A DNA stretch of 64,000 bases from NCBI GenBank assembly GCA_963798915.1, contig CAWCVB010000007.1, positions 1 through 64,000 of the forward strand. The letters run 5' to 3'. The notes beneath the pieces were generated by a model. The model was not told the DNA's origin and did no database searches. It saw only the letters and a list, made by a program, of their open reading frames with translations. This stretch comes from an uncultured Gemmatimonadales bacterium. Its GTDB lineage: Bacteria; Gemmatimonadota; Gemmatimonadetes; Gemmatimonadales; GWC2-71-9. Position numbers and translations under genes: made by a program. Below are positions 1 through 10,300 of the stretch, one piece after another (the stretch's first letter is position 1; every line of letters begins with the position of its first letter).

Positions 1-164
1 AAGGCGGCCGACACAGGACTATCCTAAACCTTCGCCTGGCGCATCCGCTAGCCGAGGCACGCGGCCGAACGGCAAGCCCCGCGATTAGCTCTGGCCTGCC
101 GCGCGTCTGGACTGGCGGCCAGCATGGGCCACACCGACAGCCCCTCCAGCGCTCCAACCCCTAA

Positions 165-2368
165 TTAGGCCGCAACACGGACTGCAATCTGACGGAAGAC
201 CTGTGCGCCTTCGTTCTCGACCTCGCGGCGCACAGGCCAGTTGCCACTGTCATCGATAACTTCAATCACTGCTGCAAATGACTGTTTGTGTTCAGCCGGT
301 AACTCCCTGGTCCAGAGACGCATGCGCAATTCCCATGTGCCTGCCCGAAAGTTGCGGTGAAAGAGTCTATCCAGCTGCTCAACCGGGCTCCACTTGTCGA
401 CTTGGACGCTTGCATCAGATACGCCGACTTCTGCGTGTCCCAGCTCGCTGGGTTTGCGTAGGCCTAGAGTAACGCGCGCCTTGGAGTACTCAAGGTGATT
501 ATCGGGTGATACCGGAGGGTCGAGAGCAACGGTAACACGTACACGCAAATGTTGGCCCCGCCGTGGCGCTAGGCATGGCGGCACAAGAAAGGGGAGATAG
601 GTGAATCGAGCGGTGGTAAGCTGCCCAACATGCAAGTACGTTGCCGCATGCTCCTTGGACCACATTGCAGCTTCGATATCCGGCTCGCCAAGTCCAATCA
701 GGTGCTCGGGTGGAACCGCGATATCGGGGGCGGTGACAGGCACCGCAAAGTGAAGCAGTAGTGCGCGAACGAGGTTCGCGTGTGGGTTTTTGTAGTGCTC
801 GATCAACCGGGCGCTCATGGCAGCCACGAGCGGCGCTGCGAACTCGTGCCGTGTCGCAAGCCCATGCTTCCTTATCATCTATCAGTCCATGAACGCCTAT
901 ACGAGCGGATGTCTTGGTGTCACGAAAGAGGTTGCCCCCATGCGCAACAAGGTCGGGCTTTATTCCGCCAAGGGGGCCTGGACCACGCCTCGAGAAGGCT
1001 GAGAGCTCACCCGCGGTGCTAATGGCGTTCGTGTCTGTAAAGCGAGCGTAGGACCCAACCGTTAATGCCAATAGTGCGTCGCCCGGGGAGTCGATCCGGC
1101 ACTCAGCATGCTCAAGCGCCTTTGGGTAGCCAAGGACCAGCTTCTCATCGCGGATATTTCCAGCGGTTGTGACGATGACGAGATTGCGATCGCGTGTATG
1201 CTTGTCGAGAAGCTGCGCGACAATAGAGACGACTCCATCGACAGTCGGCTTCGCATTACCGAGCGACATGTTCACCACGCGCGCGTTCGTCGGCAATTGC
1301 GGAATTACTGCGTCAACAGCCGCAGCCAGGTGACCTTCGTTGATGTATACGGGCTTCTTGTTCCAATCAACGCCAATTACAGGCACGTCAATTAGTGGAC
1401 AGAGCGGGCTTAGTCTGCCGCCGCGAAGCCCCGCCTCTAAGTCATCTCCGTAGACTATCCGACTGCCTACGAACGTACCGTGCATATATGCCGGTGCGAT
1501 CGCTCCAGGAGCAGAAAAGGAATTGTCTGCAAAACGCAGCCCTGTAGACCACGACAAGCAGGGCTCACGCCGGTATCAAATAGGACGACGGGAGCACTAA
1601 TCCGTGGCGCGTCGGCTGCGACTTCTGGGGAAAAGGCACTAATGCGCCATTGATCGGGAACGAAGAAGACGTGATTCGGAACGACTTGTCGGAGAGTCGT
1701 AAATGCTGCGCCAGCCAGTCTAGCCTCTGATGGTTTGATGCTGGCCTCAACTGCTGCTACTCCATTGGAGAAGCGGCGCATTTCTCCCCAAGGTTCCGCC
1801 TGTGCGCCCAATGAAGGAGCGCAAGGAGAACAAGATCGCTGCGCGCTCCTTTTCTGTGAGCGTGGAGTAAAGCAAGAGCAGGCACTCTGTGGGTTCCTCA
1901 GGCGCTCCCGCCAGCTCGGGTGATATCTTCTCCTCGACCGGGACCGGCGAACAGATCTTCGATAATCGCCATGTACGACTTACCGACGTTATCTGCCGAT
2001 GTTGCATAGTGCTCTATTTTCGCTCGGAGATCTCCAAGACGCGCCTTAGGCAGTTGGACCGTCGCAGCGTTTGGGTCGACAGCTGAGAGTTCGACAATCT
2101 CAAAGCCCGCGCTACGTAGGCGTTGACGTTCGGCGCGAACAGGTAACTCCCTTGGCGTTCGGATCTGCAGAAACAAAGACTCTGCTGCCTCGCCGTCCAC
2201 AGCGGTCGCCTGATTCGCCGCCGCTGCTGCTGTTCGCTCACGCAGGAGAAGATCGCCGTGCGCCGAGTAATTCGGCCGGGTATAGCGCTTAGACATTCCC
2301 CGAACTTTGATTGGTGCGGATCGCACAAGAGATTGAGGGATCTCGAAATGAGAGAACAACTTGGGCAT
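165..2368 (-). CDS. S8 subtilisin-like serine protease, IetS/Y4bN type; several frameshifts (sequencing error or pseudogene)
   Basis: Joining ORFs 1898-2368, 1747-2007, 1467-1811, 499-1557 and 165-878 gives VVLFDTGV (Asp), HGTFVGS (His), VVNMSLG, TAGN, SAFSRRGPG..IKPDLVAHGGN, and GTSFAAP (Ser) recoverable across indels near 845. Confidence 0.85.
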
Positions 2369-2465
2369 GTCATCCCTTTCGAACCAGTCTGTTGCGGCCT
2401 ACCAAAGCAAAGGCGGAATTGCGGGCCGGTGGCGGCGGCCCCGACTTCTGCGATCGGGTTAAGCC

Positions 2466-2834
2466 TTACTTCTGTGCTTTGTAAAGTTCGAGCGCACGCA
2501 AAACGCTGAGTGCCTCACTGAGCTTCGCCAAGCTCTTGGATGCCCTGCTGGACTCCTTCGCATACGCTTCGGCGTTGGCCTTTATGTCGCGCAAGGCGTC
2601 CCTGAGTTCGACAAGTTCATCGATGAAGTCTTCAGGTACCTCTGCTGACAGCCATTCGTGGCTGCACGTCTCGCAGACTAGGCCTCTGCGAAACCACTGT
2701 ATGTCGGAGTGGTCATCGGAGTACCGGCGCTGGCCAGATGTCGCGCCGAGTTGGGAGGGATTCACCGCAGCGCAGACTTCAATGGCTTGGCAGTTGGGGC
2801 ACCATTTCTGGGTTCCTCCCTGCGTGACCTTCAT
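2466..2834 (-). CDS. Small Zn-ribbon plus coiled-coil protein, function unknown
   Basis: CPNC...RRGLVCETCSHEWLSAE resembles an NrdR-type ribbon; helical C-terminus; GGGAG RBS before ATG 2834. Confidence 0.7.
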   Translation of the reverse strand: MKVTQGGTQKWCPNCQAIEVCAAVNPSQLGATSGQRRYSDDHSDIQWFRRGLVCETCSHEWLSAEVPEDFIDELVELRDALRDIKANAEAYAKESSRASKSLAKLSEALSVLRALELYKAQK

Positions 2835-2932
2835 TTTGTAGCTCCCACTGTTCAACTGAGTGATCGTGCGGCGGCCACAGCCTGATCGTCGCTACCAACG
2901 GAGGCGGTCGCTCGGCCATCTGCCAGCGTTAG

Positions 2933-3711
2933 TCAGGCCCCCGACGGCAAGGCGAAACGCTGTTCATACGTAGCCATGAGGAAGGTCGCAATCGTCCCGG
3001 CGAGATTGATGGCCAAGTCCGCATGGCGGGCGCTCGGCTTGTAAGCCTTTGGGCCCTTCCCGTGGGCATCACCGAATGTGTTACGCATGGCGGCAAGCCC
3101 GTTAGCGACGGACATGCACCCCGCCGAGGATCTGCTTGAACACTTCGTCCTTGTGGCCCTGCGGCCCGAGATTCATCGCACCAGCAACCAGGCCATAAAG
3201 CTTCGGCAGGTCGTCCTTGTCGGAGTAATTCTTTCCAAGCTTATGCAGCAGCTCCTTGCACGTGCTCTCGAGTAGAGTCCGGGCGAGGGTGATGGCTCCT
3301 TCAGGGTCCGCCTCTCGACGCGCTTGAGTCCGCGACCGTGCCTCACCGATCGACGCGGCAGTGCCCCTCTCAATGAAGGGCTCGAGCGAAAGGGCCGTCG
3401 GCTGGGTTGCACCGCGCTCTACAAAGTCAAAGAGGGGCCTAAGCTCTGACCAGATGAACTGACGACGACCGGCGTACGTGCCGTCACGAGCCTTCATGAA
3501 TTGCCAGAACTGGCTTCCCGACCGGTTGGAGGCCCACCCACCTCGGCATCAGGGGCAGGAGCTCGTGCTGAGACAGGATTTCCTCTCGTGCCTTTTCCCA
3601 GTCTTCAAAACCGGCGCTTCCACCGGTGGCGAAATCGACGGTGCATTCCTGAAAAGCGGTGAGGACTCGGAGTAGGATTTCCCTTCTTGATCCCTGATGT
3701 CTCACAAGCAT
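2933..3711 (-). CDS. Abortive infection family protein (Abi_C domain), two frameshifts
   Basis: ORFs 3484-3711, 3102-3497, 2933-3115: DPEGAITLARTLLESTCK, DDLPKLY, FKQILGG, RNTFGDAHGKG, ARHADLAINLAGT. Confidence 0.85.
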
Positions 3712-3867
3712 ATCAAGCCTCGGGCGATCTAACGCTACCTATGCCGCGCTTCCACAATATTTCGTATTGCGCGTATCGGAAATGCTCGGGCAGTGGTTCT
3801 ATGAGCAGCCCAGCGCTGAATTCCGTTCTCTGTCGACTCTTGGCCAGGCCCCGTCAGCCAGCTGCGC

Positions 3868-4140
3868 TCACCTCTCCATCACCCCCAGATACCTCCGCCA
3901 CGGCCCCACCGCTTCCCTATACTGTTTCGCCATCACCCGGCTGATCTGGCCCAGGTGCGCGAGGTCATGCGCCACCCAGGTGGCCAGGAGCTGCCGGAGC
4001 GTCACCGGCCCGAACTCGGGATGCTCGCCCTCGAGCCTAGGTCATCATCGGTCAGCGCCCACTCCTCGAGCGTCGCGAGTTCTCGGCGCGGCGCCAAGCA
4101 AACTCGCAAGCAGCTCGGGGAGCAGCGTGCCCTGGCTCTC
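3868..4140 (-). pseudogene. DinB-family protein, C-terminal fragment
   Basis: Minus-strand manual translation gives LEGEHPEFGPVTLRQLLATWVAHDLAHLGQISRVMAKQYREAVGPWRRYLGVMER*; no recognisable N-terminal half. Confidence 0.7.
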
Positions 4141-4401
4141 CCGGGCGCGACTGAGAGTCGCTCCTCGGCAGGTGTCGCCTGCGGCGACTCGCGGGATGCT
4201 GTGTTGCCGGTAAACCATTATGCACCCGCAGGTTCCCGGAGCGATACTGGGATTTTCCCAAATCCGACCAGCACACTCGCAATTCCCACTCCCGGCCCCG
4301 GCGTTTCTGCCGTGGCCAGCGCGCCTGATTCAGGCCATCAAGGCAGCCGGTAACTGCCGCGAAGTCATGGGGTTACCGTGCCGCGATGCCGGCTTGTCGG
4401 C

Positions 4402-5020
4402 TCATCGTTGCCTGACGAGTTCGAGTGCAGCGCCAATGCGGCGCCAATCTTCCAGCTGCGCCGCCTCCGGGCGGTGAGTATTCAGGATCCGCTTCCCGCA
4501 GTGATAGACAGCGAACAGCCGAGCACCATTTGGCAGGGATGCACCGCGGGGTGAAGCGACCGCCTGCCTGAACACGGGGATCGGCAGGGCAAAGGCGGTG
4601 AGCACGGCCTCGAAGGCGCGCTGGCCCAGGCCCACCACCACGGCGGGGTTCACCAGCTCGATCTGGGGACGGAGGAAGGCGCGCCCGCCTTGGTCAGGAA
4701 TACACGCCCATGGGGATCAGGGTGCTCCACCGATCCAATCGACATGCCGATGGACAGGAGCAGCTTCGCCAGCATGAGGTTGGTCGGATTGCCGGCTTTG
4801 TCGAGCCCACGGTTGTCACGGAAATAGCGCACGTCGCCCCAGTCCTGGCCCACGACCATCAGATCGGCATCGAGATCACCCTGCCACTGGGTCCACGGCC
4901 CAATCTGCGGCGAATCGCACTGGCCACCATCTACCATTGCTGGGTTCGTCAGCCCGCACTGGGTGCACAGACGGCAGGCCTGTCGCGCGGAGACCATGCT
5001 GGCATAGGCGTTCGTCTTCA
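4402..5020 (-). CDS. Uracil-DNA glycosylase superfamily protein, frameshift near 4685
   Basis: N-terminal CRLCTQC, LMVVGQDWGD motif, PAVVVGLG and AVYHCG across ORFs 4650-4997 and 4402-4653; start uncertain. Confidence 0.75.
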
Positions 5021-5051
5021 GGTGAAATTCCTCCGGAGTAAGCGCTCGAGC

Positions 5052-5080
5052 CGAGTGTTTTCGTGCTTTCGTGTTTTCGT
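5052..5080. repeat. TTTCGTG (ACGAAA-type) short repeat cluster; also at ~9619-9633, ~11080-11094, ~11913-11936
   Basis: gtgttttcgtgctttcgtgttttcgt. Confidence 0.65.
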
Positions 5081-5176
5081 CTGCGCTCCCGCGAAGGCCT
5101 CGCCATCCGCTGACGACGCTGCGCAGTGCCTGCGGACAGGTCAGCTAAACTGCTATGCCGGCAATGGTTTACTGCA

Positions 5177-5276
5177 CTACTAATCTATTGTCAACCACGG
5201 TGGGAATTAGTAGCATTGACAGATGGGTTGCGCGGCTTGAATATTTATACTACTAAATTTGTTGACATTAGTAGTA
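5177..5276 (+). promoter_or_regulatory. Paired inverted-repeat operator upstream of Fic
   Basis: CTACTAAT(5177)..ATTAGTAG(5206); TACTACTAA(5248)..TTAGTAGTA(5268) enclosing TTGACA at 5262. Confidence 0.6.
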
Positions 5277-5296
5277 CATCAGCAACGAGCGTGACG

Positions 5297-6701
5297 ATGA
5301 AACTCCCCATGGCCCCGCCCCCCTTCGAGCAATTGGTCGAATCCGTCTTTCTCCCAGGACAAACGCCGTTGATCGATACGTGAAGCTCCTCAGCGCGGCG
5401 ACGACCCGGCCCCAGGTGGGCAATACCGTCATTGGCACAAGCTTCGATACCTCGCCCCACCCGATGACCTGACCACCGATGAGTGGTGGCTGGGCATCAA
5501 GACGGCTCGGCGCGCCCTGTACCGCGAATTGCCGTTGGAGGATCGCGAACACCGTCCCTTCAGGTACGCCCTGGTCGATCCCGGCCTCAGCATGCTGCAT
5601 GAAGTGGACAAGCAGGCAAGCGGAGCCATCCAGGGATCAGATCAGGTGACGGATCCTCAAACACGCGATACCTACCTCATCAAGAGCCTGGTCGAGGAAT
5701 CGATCACGTCGAGCCAGCTGGAAGGAGCGTCAACGACGCGCGAAGTCGCCAAAGACATGTTGCAGCGTGGGCGGCCGCCACGGGACCGCAGCGAGCAGAT
5801 GATCTACAACAACTACCAGGCGATGCGTTCCATCGGTGGGTTGAAGCAGGCGCCCCTGACGCCCGACCTGGTGTTCGAGCTGCACAGAATCCTGACGCAG
5901 GACACGCTGGATGACCCGACGGCCGCGGGCCGCTTTCGGCGCACGGACGAGAATATCTGCGTCGTCGATGAAATCGGGAACACGCTGCATGTGCCACCCG
6001 CAGCGGATGAGCTGCCCGAACGCCTCCGGAGACTCTGCGGCTTCGCCAACGATCACGGCGGGAAACCGTTCATGCATCCCGTCGTCCGGGCCATCCTGCT
6101 GCATTTCTGGCTCGCCTATGACCACCCGTTCGTCGATGGCAACGGTCGAACGGCGCGCGCACTGTTCTACTGGAGCATGGCGCGAGAAGACTACTGGCTG
6201 TGCGAATACATCTCAATTTCACGCGTGCTGCGCAAGGCGCCGGGCAAGTACAGCAGAGCCTACTTGTACACCGAGACCGACGACAACGACGTTACCTATT
6301 TCATCCTTCATCAGCTTGGTGTCGTGATAGAGGCGATCCGCGAGCTGCATACGTACCTGGCACGGAAAACACTGGAGTTGACGAAGACTCGGCAGCTCAT
6401 TCAGGGCTCCCGGTTCCTGAACACGATCCTCAACCATCGCCAACTCGCGCTGATCAATCATGCGCTGAAGAACCCGCACTTTGTGTACACCATTGACTCG
6501 CATCGCCGGTCGCATGGGGTGAGTTACCAGACGGCCAGAACCGATCTGCTGCAGCTCGCTGAGATGCGGCTGGTCGACCAGGGAAAGGCCGGCAAGGCCT
6601 ACGTCTTCTCGGCACCCCCGGACTTGCGTCAGCGAGTGGGTAACCTGCCAGGTGACAACGGTGCTGGCACCCGCCGGGCAGGAGCGAAGCAAGAGCCATG
6701 A
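5297..6701 (+). CDS. Fic family protein with C-terminal HTH; 5' frameshift(s)
   Basis: HPFVDGNGRTAR Fic motif, EESITSSQLEG, C-terminal VSYQTARTDL helix; probable start ATG 5297 (MKLPMAPP) in another frame. Confidence 0.9.
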
Positions 6702-6721
6702 TGCAGCAGCCGACGCCTGGC

Positions 6722-7458
6722 CTATGGCAAGAGACTCGACCGCAACAACCGGAGCGTGCCCGGCCCCCACGTCCCATTTTTCGCTCGCCCCCCTGCCAAC
6801 GAGCTGACAATCCCGCATAGTGGGCAGTGGGCCGCAGCTCGGACCAAAGCAGGCGGACGTGAAGCGAGGCCGAACCCAGCAGTCTACCAAGCTCTTTCAG
6901 GTCTTCCTTGTACTTTGTGGCTGCCTCTTCAGTGGTGCTGAATACGTGGTAAACGAGCCATCCGTTTGCGACGTCGGGCTGGCACGCTGACGCGGCGCGG
7001 TGAATGAGTTGATATGGAAGCCCTGCAATTTTCTCACGAGAGAGGGGGGCTTCCGCCACCCTGTTCAGCAAGCCGAGCCACCCATCGAGCACCTCCGGCC
7101 GATTGCCTTCGGTCTTACTGCCCAGCCAGGATTTGACGTTCTGGTACCTCGGTTCGGTTGACTTGGCCTCCACGGCCACCGATGTAGTTCCGGACAGGAT
7201 CATGAGATCGGTGCAGGACGGCTTTCCCTCTCCCCGTTGAACTGGATACCTCATACTCGAAATGCAGCTCCGTGGTGTCCCCCAACGAGATCCCCAGCGC
7301 CGAGGCGAATCCGGGTAGCCGAGCGTCCGGATGCCTCCAGTAGGAGAGCGGGCTACCGTGGATCGAAGCGGCGAGTCGAATTCTGCAGCTCCATACTTCT
7401 CGAGAAGGTCGCTGAAGGAGGCGACCGGGGTGCCGGACCGGAACAGCGCCGTACGCAT
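6722..7458 (-). CDS. PD-(D/E)XK nuclease-like protein (DUF6946-like), frameshifts
   Basis: GEGKPSCTDLMIL..VAVEAKSTEP and LPYQLIHRAASA; 3' end approximate. Confidence 0.65.
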
Positions 7459-7485
7459 GAAAGCTCCCGTATTCAGGCCAGCTGT

Positions 7486-8199
7486 TTATCCGGAAGCATG
7501 GGACGAGGCTCGAATCTGTCCCGCCCAGCGGTCATGAATTACGTCATGCGTACGATCAAACGCGGCGGCATGCTCGGGGCGGGCCGCGAGAAAGAACACG
7601 ACATGCGACGTTCGGAACGAATCGACCAGTGGTGCCTTAAGCCGGCTCGCCAGCTGGGCACCCATTCTGGCTATGAATCCATCCCGTCTCTCACGGATGA
7701 AATGCTGGTAAATGACCAGGGAGTGACCGCGGCCATATGCCTGCGTGATTTCATCCCAATACAGAAACTTGGAAGATCCCTTGTTACCCAGCCGCGTACT
7801 CGGAACTTCGATACCGTTATCCGGATCGAAAAAGATGACTGGGCACTCGGTAAGCACCTTCCAGGCACGGTCGAAGTAAGCGCGTCGAGAGCGGGCATCG
7901 TCGTGAAGGAGCTCGTCATGAAATGTCGCGCCAGGCAACAGTGTCCATGCGCGTGCTAGCTGCACTGACCGAACTGAACGGGGCTCAACCAAGAGTCGCA
8001 AACGATCATAGAGTTCCGGGTCATAGTGCCGCCATCGCTCGGGCTGGTCAAGATAGCGGCGGAACTCACCATCCGAGCGCCCGTCTGGCGTGGTCAGGAG
8101 CCAGCAGATACCGACAGGGAACTGCGTGACAGTGGCCAGTGCGCGCAGGAGCCCGTACTTGCGGTAATCATTCACGTCGCCGAAGTACTGGTCTTTCAT
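7486..8199 (-). CDS. Conserved hypothetical protein, possibly SAM-dependent methyltransferase-like
   Basis: Intact 237 aa ORF; MKDQYFGDVNDYRKYGLLR, FFDPDNG, LVIYQH. Confidence 0.7.
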   Translation of the reverse strand: MKDQYFGDVNDYRKYGLLRALATVTQFPVGICWLLTTPDGRSDGEFRRYLDQPERWRHYDPELYDRLRLLVEPRSVRSVQLARAWTLLPGATFHDELLHDDARSRRAYFDRAWKVLTECPVIFFDPDNGIEVPSTRLGNKGSSKFLYWDEITQAYGRGHSLVIYQHFIRERRDGFIARMGAQLASRLKAPLVDSFRTSHVVFFLAARPEHAAAFDRTHDVIHDRWAGQIRASSHASG

Positions 8200-8226
8200 G
8201 GAAGTCCCTCACGCCACCTCATGCGT

Positions 8227-8457
8227 TCAACCCTTCTCCTCCCACACCTCGCCCTCCTCATCCCACCGCGCCTCGCAGGCTCGGCAGAACCAGATCGGAT
8301 CATGGAGGCCGATGACACAGCCACCCAGCACGATCTCGCCCCGCATCGAGGCTTCCCCCATCTCCGGGCCAGGAAGACCGTACATGATCGGCACCACGTC
8401 CGCCGATTGGCAGCGGGGACACTTGGCCGAGATGGGTGTCCGGTCGGGCAGTCGCAT
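8227..8457 (-). CDS. Small CxxC/CxxC metal-binding protein
   Basis: CPRCQSADVVPIMYGLP..GEIVLGGCVI..WFCRAC. Confidence 0.7.
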   Translation of the reverse strand: MRLPDRTPISAKCPRCQSADVVPIMYGLPGPEMGEASMRGEIVLGGCVIGLHDPIWFCRACEARWDEEGEVWEEKG

Positions 8458-8506
8458 GGCGCACTCCGGTAGGTAGAACCGTGAACGATACCGGGCGGGT
8501 GTGACA

Positions 8507-8581
8507 GCTCGGCGGCTCGGCGGCTCGGCGGCTCGGCGGCTCGGCGGCTCGGCGGCTCGGCGGCTCGGCGGCTCGGCGGCT
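8507..8581. repeat. Octamer tandem repeat (GGCGGCTC), about 9 copies
   Basis: 8 perfect copies at 8511-8574 plus partial flanking copies. Confidence 0.95.
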
Positions 8582-8592
8582 TCCGTGACCCT

Positions 8593-8662
8593 CGACCCAC
8601 GACCGACGACCCACGACCCGCGACCCACGACCCACGACCCGCGACCCGCGACCCTCGACCCT
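8593..8662. repeat. Heptamer tandem repeat CGACCNN, 10 copies
   Basis: CGACCCA/CGACCCG/CGACCCT/CGACCGA units directly downstream of higA. Confidence 0.95.
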
Positions 8663-8665
8663 CCG

Positions 8666-9055
8666 CTAGCCGACCAGCCCATCGAGTGGAACCCCGAGCA
8701 GCTCGCGCAGGTGCTTGGCCTGGGTGAGCGACAGGCGGCGCTTGCCGCTGAAGAACTCCGAGACCCGGCTCTTGCCACCCATCACGGCACTGAGGTCCGC
8801 TCGCGCAAGCCCCTTCTGCTCCAGGGCGAACGCGACCACCTGCTGGGGCGTGACATCCGCCGTCTCGATCGGATCATGCTCGGCCTCATACGCCTCAACC
8901 AGGACCGAGAGGAACACCATGCGGTCATAGTCATCGGTGTGCTCGGCAGGATTGGCGTAGGCGAGCCCATCGAGCGCCGCCACCGCGGCGTCATACTCAC
9001 GCTCGTCGCGGAGCACGTGGGGCCGGGAGAAGTCCAGAATCACTGCGGTCATCAT
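8666..9055 (-). CDS. higA: HigA-type XRE/HTH antitoxin
   Basis: EREYDAA, LVEAYEAEH, GGKSRVSEFFSGKRRLSL. Confidence 0.88.
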   Translation of the reverse strand: MMTAVILDFSRPHVLRDEREYDAAVAALDGLAYANPAEHTDDYDRMVFLSVLVEAYEAEHDPIETADVTPQQVVAFALEQKGLARADLSAVMGGKSRVSEFFSGKRRLSLTQAKHLRELLGVPLDGLVG

Positions 9056-9091
9056 TACCTCTGCCGTGGAGACGCCCTCTTCGTGGAGGTC

Positions 9092-9400
9092 TTACCGGCT
9101 CCGTTTGCCTCGCTGAGCCCTGGTCCACGCGTCGTATCCCCTGTGGTCGAACACCCCGAGAATCAGGACCCGCCCAACCGGGTACAGGATCCGCGCTACG
9201 ATCCGGTACTTGTTGCCTCCGATATCAAAAACCGCCAGACCGTCGCCCAGGAAATCCGTTTGCCCGAACAGCTCCTTCACCTGGTGAGGCGAGGCCAGGC
9301 GGCTGGCCCGCATCAGCCGAAGCCACACCTTGAGCGGCTCCTTCGCCTTCGGGTCCTTCTTCCAGAACTCCCTGAGCCGCCGTTCGGTGATCACATGCAT
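9092..9400 (-). CDS. higB: HigB mRNA interferase toxin
   Basis: MHVITERRLREFW, VFDIGGNKYRIV, HRGYD; toxin-first gene order. Confidence 0.92.
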   Translation of the reverse strand: MHVITERRLREFWKKDPKAKEPLKVWLRLMRASRLASPHQVKELFGQTDFLGDGLAVFDIGGNKYRIVARILYPVGRVLILGVFDHRGYDAWTRAQRGKRSR

Positions 9401-9423
9401 GGGTTGCCTGGGGCCAGAGAGCA

Positions 9424-9517
9424 GTTACCAATATGGGAACCCGACGGCAGACTGTCAAGCCGGCCTAAGTCCTTAACCTACGGATCGTTAGTGAAGTGGC
9501 GTTCCCATCATGGGAAC
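9424..9517 (-). promoter_or_regulatory. higBA promoter with two palindromic operators
   Basis: Minus-strand TTGACA(9458-9453)-17-CATATT(9435-9430); palindromes GTTACCAATATGGGAAC (9424-9440) and GTTCCCATCATGGGAAC (9501-9517). Confidence 0.7.
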
Positions 9518-9536
9518 TTGAGAACGCTCGCAGGGC

Positions 9537-10298
9537 CGACCCGCGACCGACGACCGACAGACCTCGAACCGCGACCCGCGACCCGCGCACGACCGACGAC
9601 CCGCGACCCGGCCGTCGCTTTCGTGTTTTCGTGAATCCCTCGGCGTTTCTCCGCGCCCTCCGCGCTGTTGGGCAACTGCTCAACGCAGAGTCGAGAGCCG
9701 CAGAGGGTTCCACGCACGACCGGCGTCCCGATCTCAGCGGCTGGGCCACAACATATTCATGTCGGTGGAGAGCATCGGAGCTCGATGCTGCTCGGCATCC
9801 TCTGCGGGCCCCCGCGCTGTTGGGCAACTGCTCAACGCAGAGTCGCAGAGCCGCAGAGGGTTCCACGCACGACCGGCGTCCCGATCTCAGCGGCTGGGCC
9901 ACAACATATTCATGTCGGTGGAGAGCATCGGAGCTCGATGCTGCTCGGCATCCTCTGCGGGCCCCCGCGCTGTTGGGCAACTGCTCAACGCAGAGTCGCA
10001 GAGCCGCAGAGGGTTCCACGCAGGACCGGCGTTCTGATCTCAGCTGCTGGGCCACAACATATTCATGTCGGTGGAGAGCATCGGAGCTCAATGTTGCTCG
10101 GCATCCTCTGCGGGCCTCCGCGTCTCCGCGCCTCTGCGTTGTGCAGTTTCGGTCACCAACATCCTGGCGATCATCGGCTGGCCAGCAGGTCTCAGTCGAG
10201 CTGCACGCCACCCGATTGCTTCGTCGGCTTCGCCTCCTCGCAATGACGCATGGGCGAGACTCGACCCGCGACCCGCGACCCCGACCCCGACCCGCGAC
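9537..10298. repeat. Composite repeat element, copy 1
   Basis: Heptamers, TTTCGTG, three 153-bp units (starting 9661, 9813, 9966), CTCTGCG cluster, CGTC-type palindrome GATTGCTTCGTCGGCTTCGCCTCCTCGCAATGACG (~10215-10249), heptamers (10262-10298). Confidence 0.92.
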
Positions 10299-10300
10299 CA

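Noticed and set aside
8196..8778. ORFs reading RRAAEPPS / GRGSWVV
   Set aside because: Translations of the octamer and heptamer tracts
9661..10140. CRISPR array
   Set aside because: Units are near-identical over the full 153 bp with no unique spacers, and there are no cas genes
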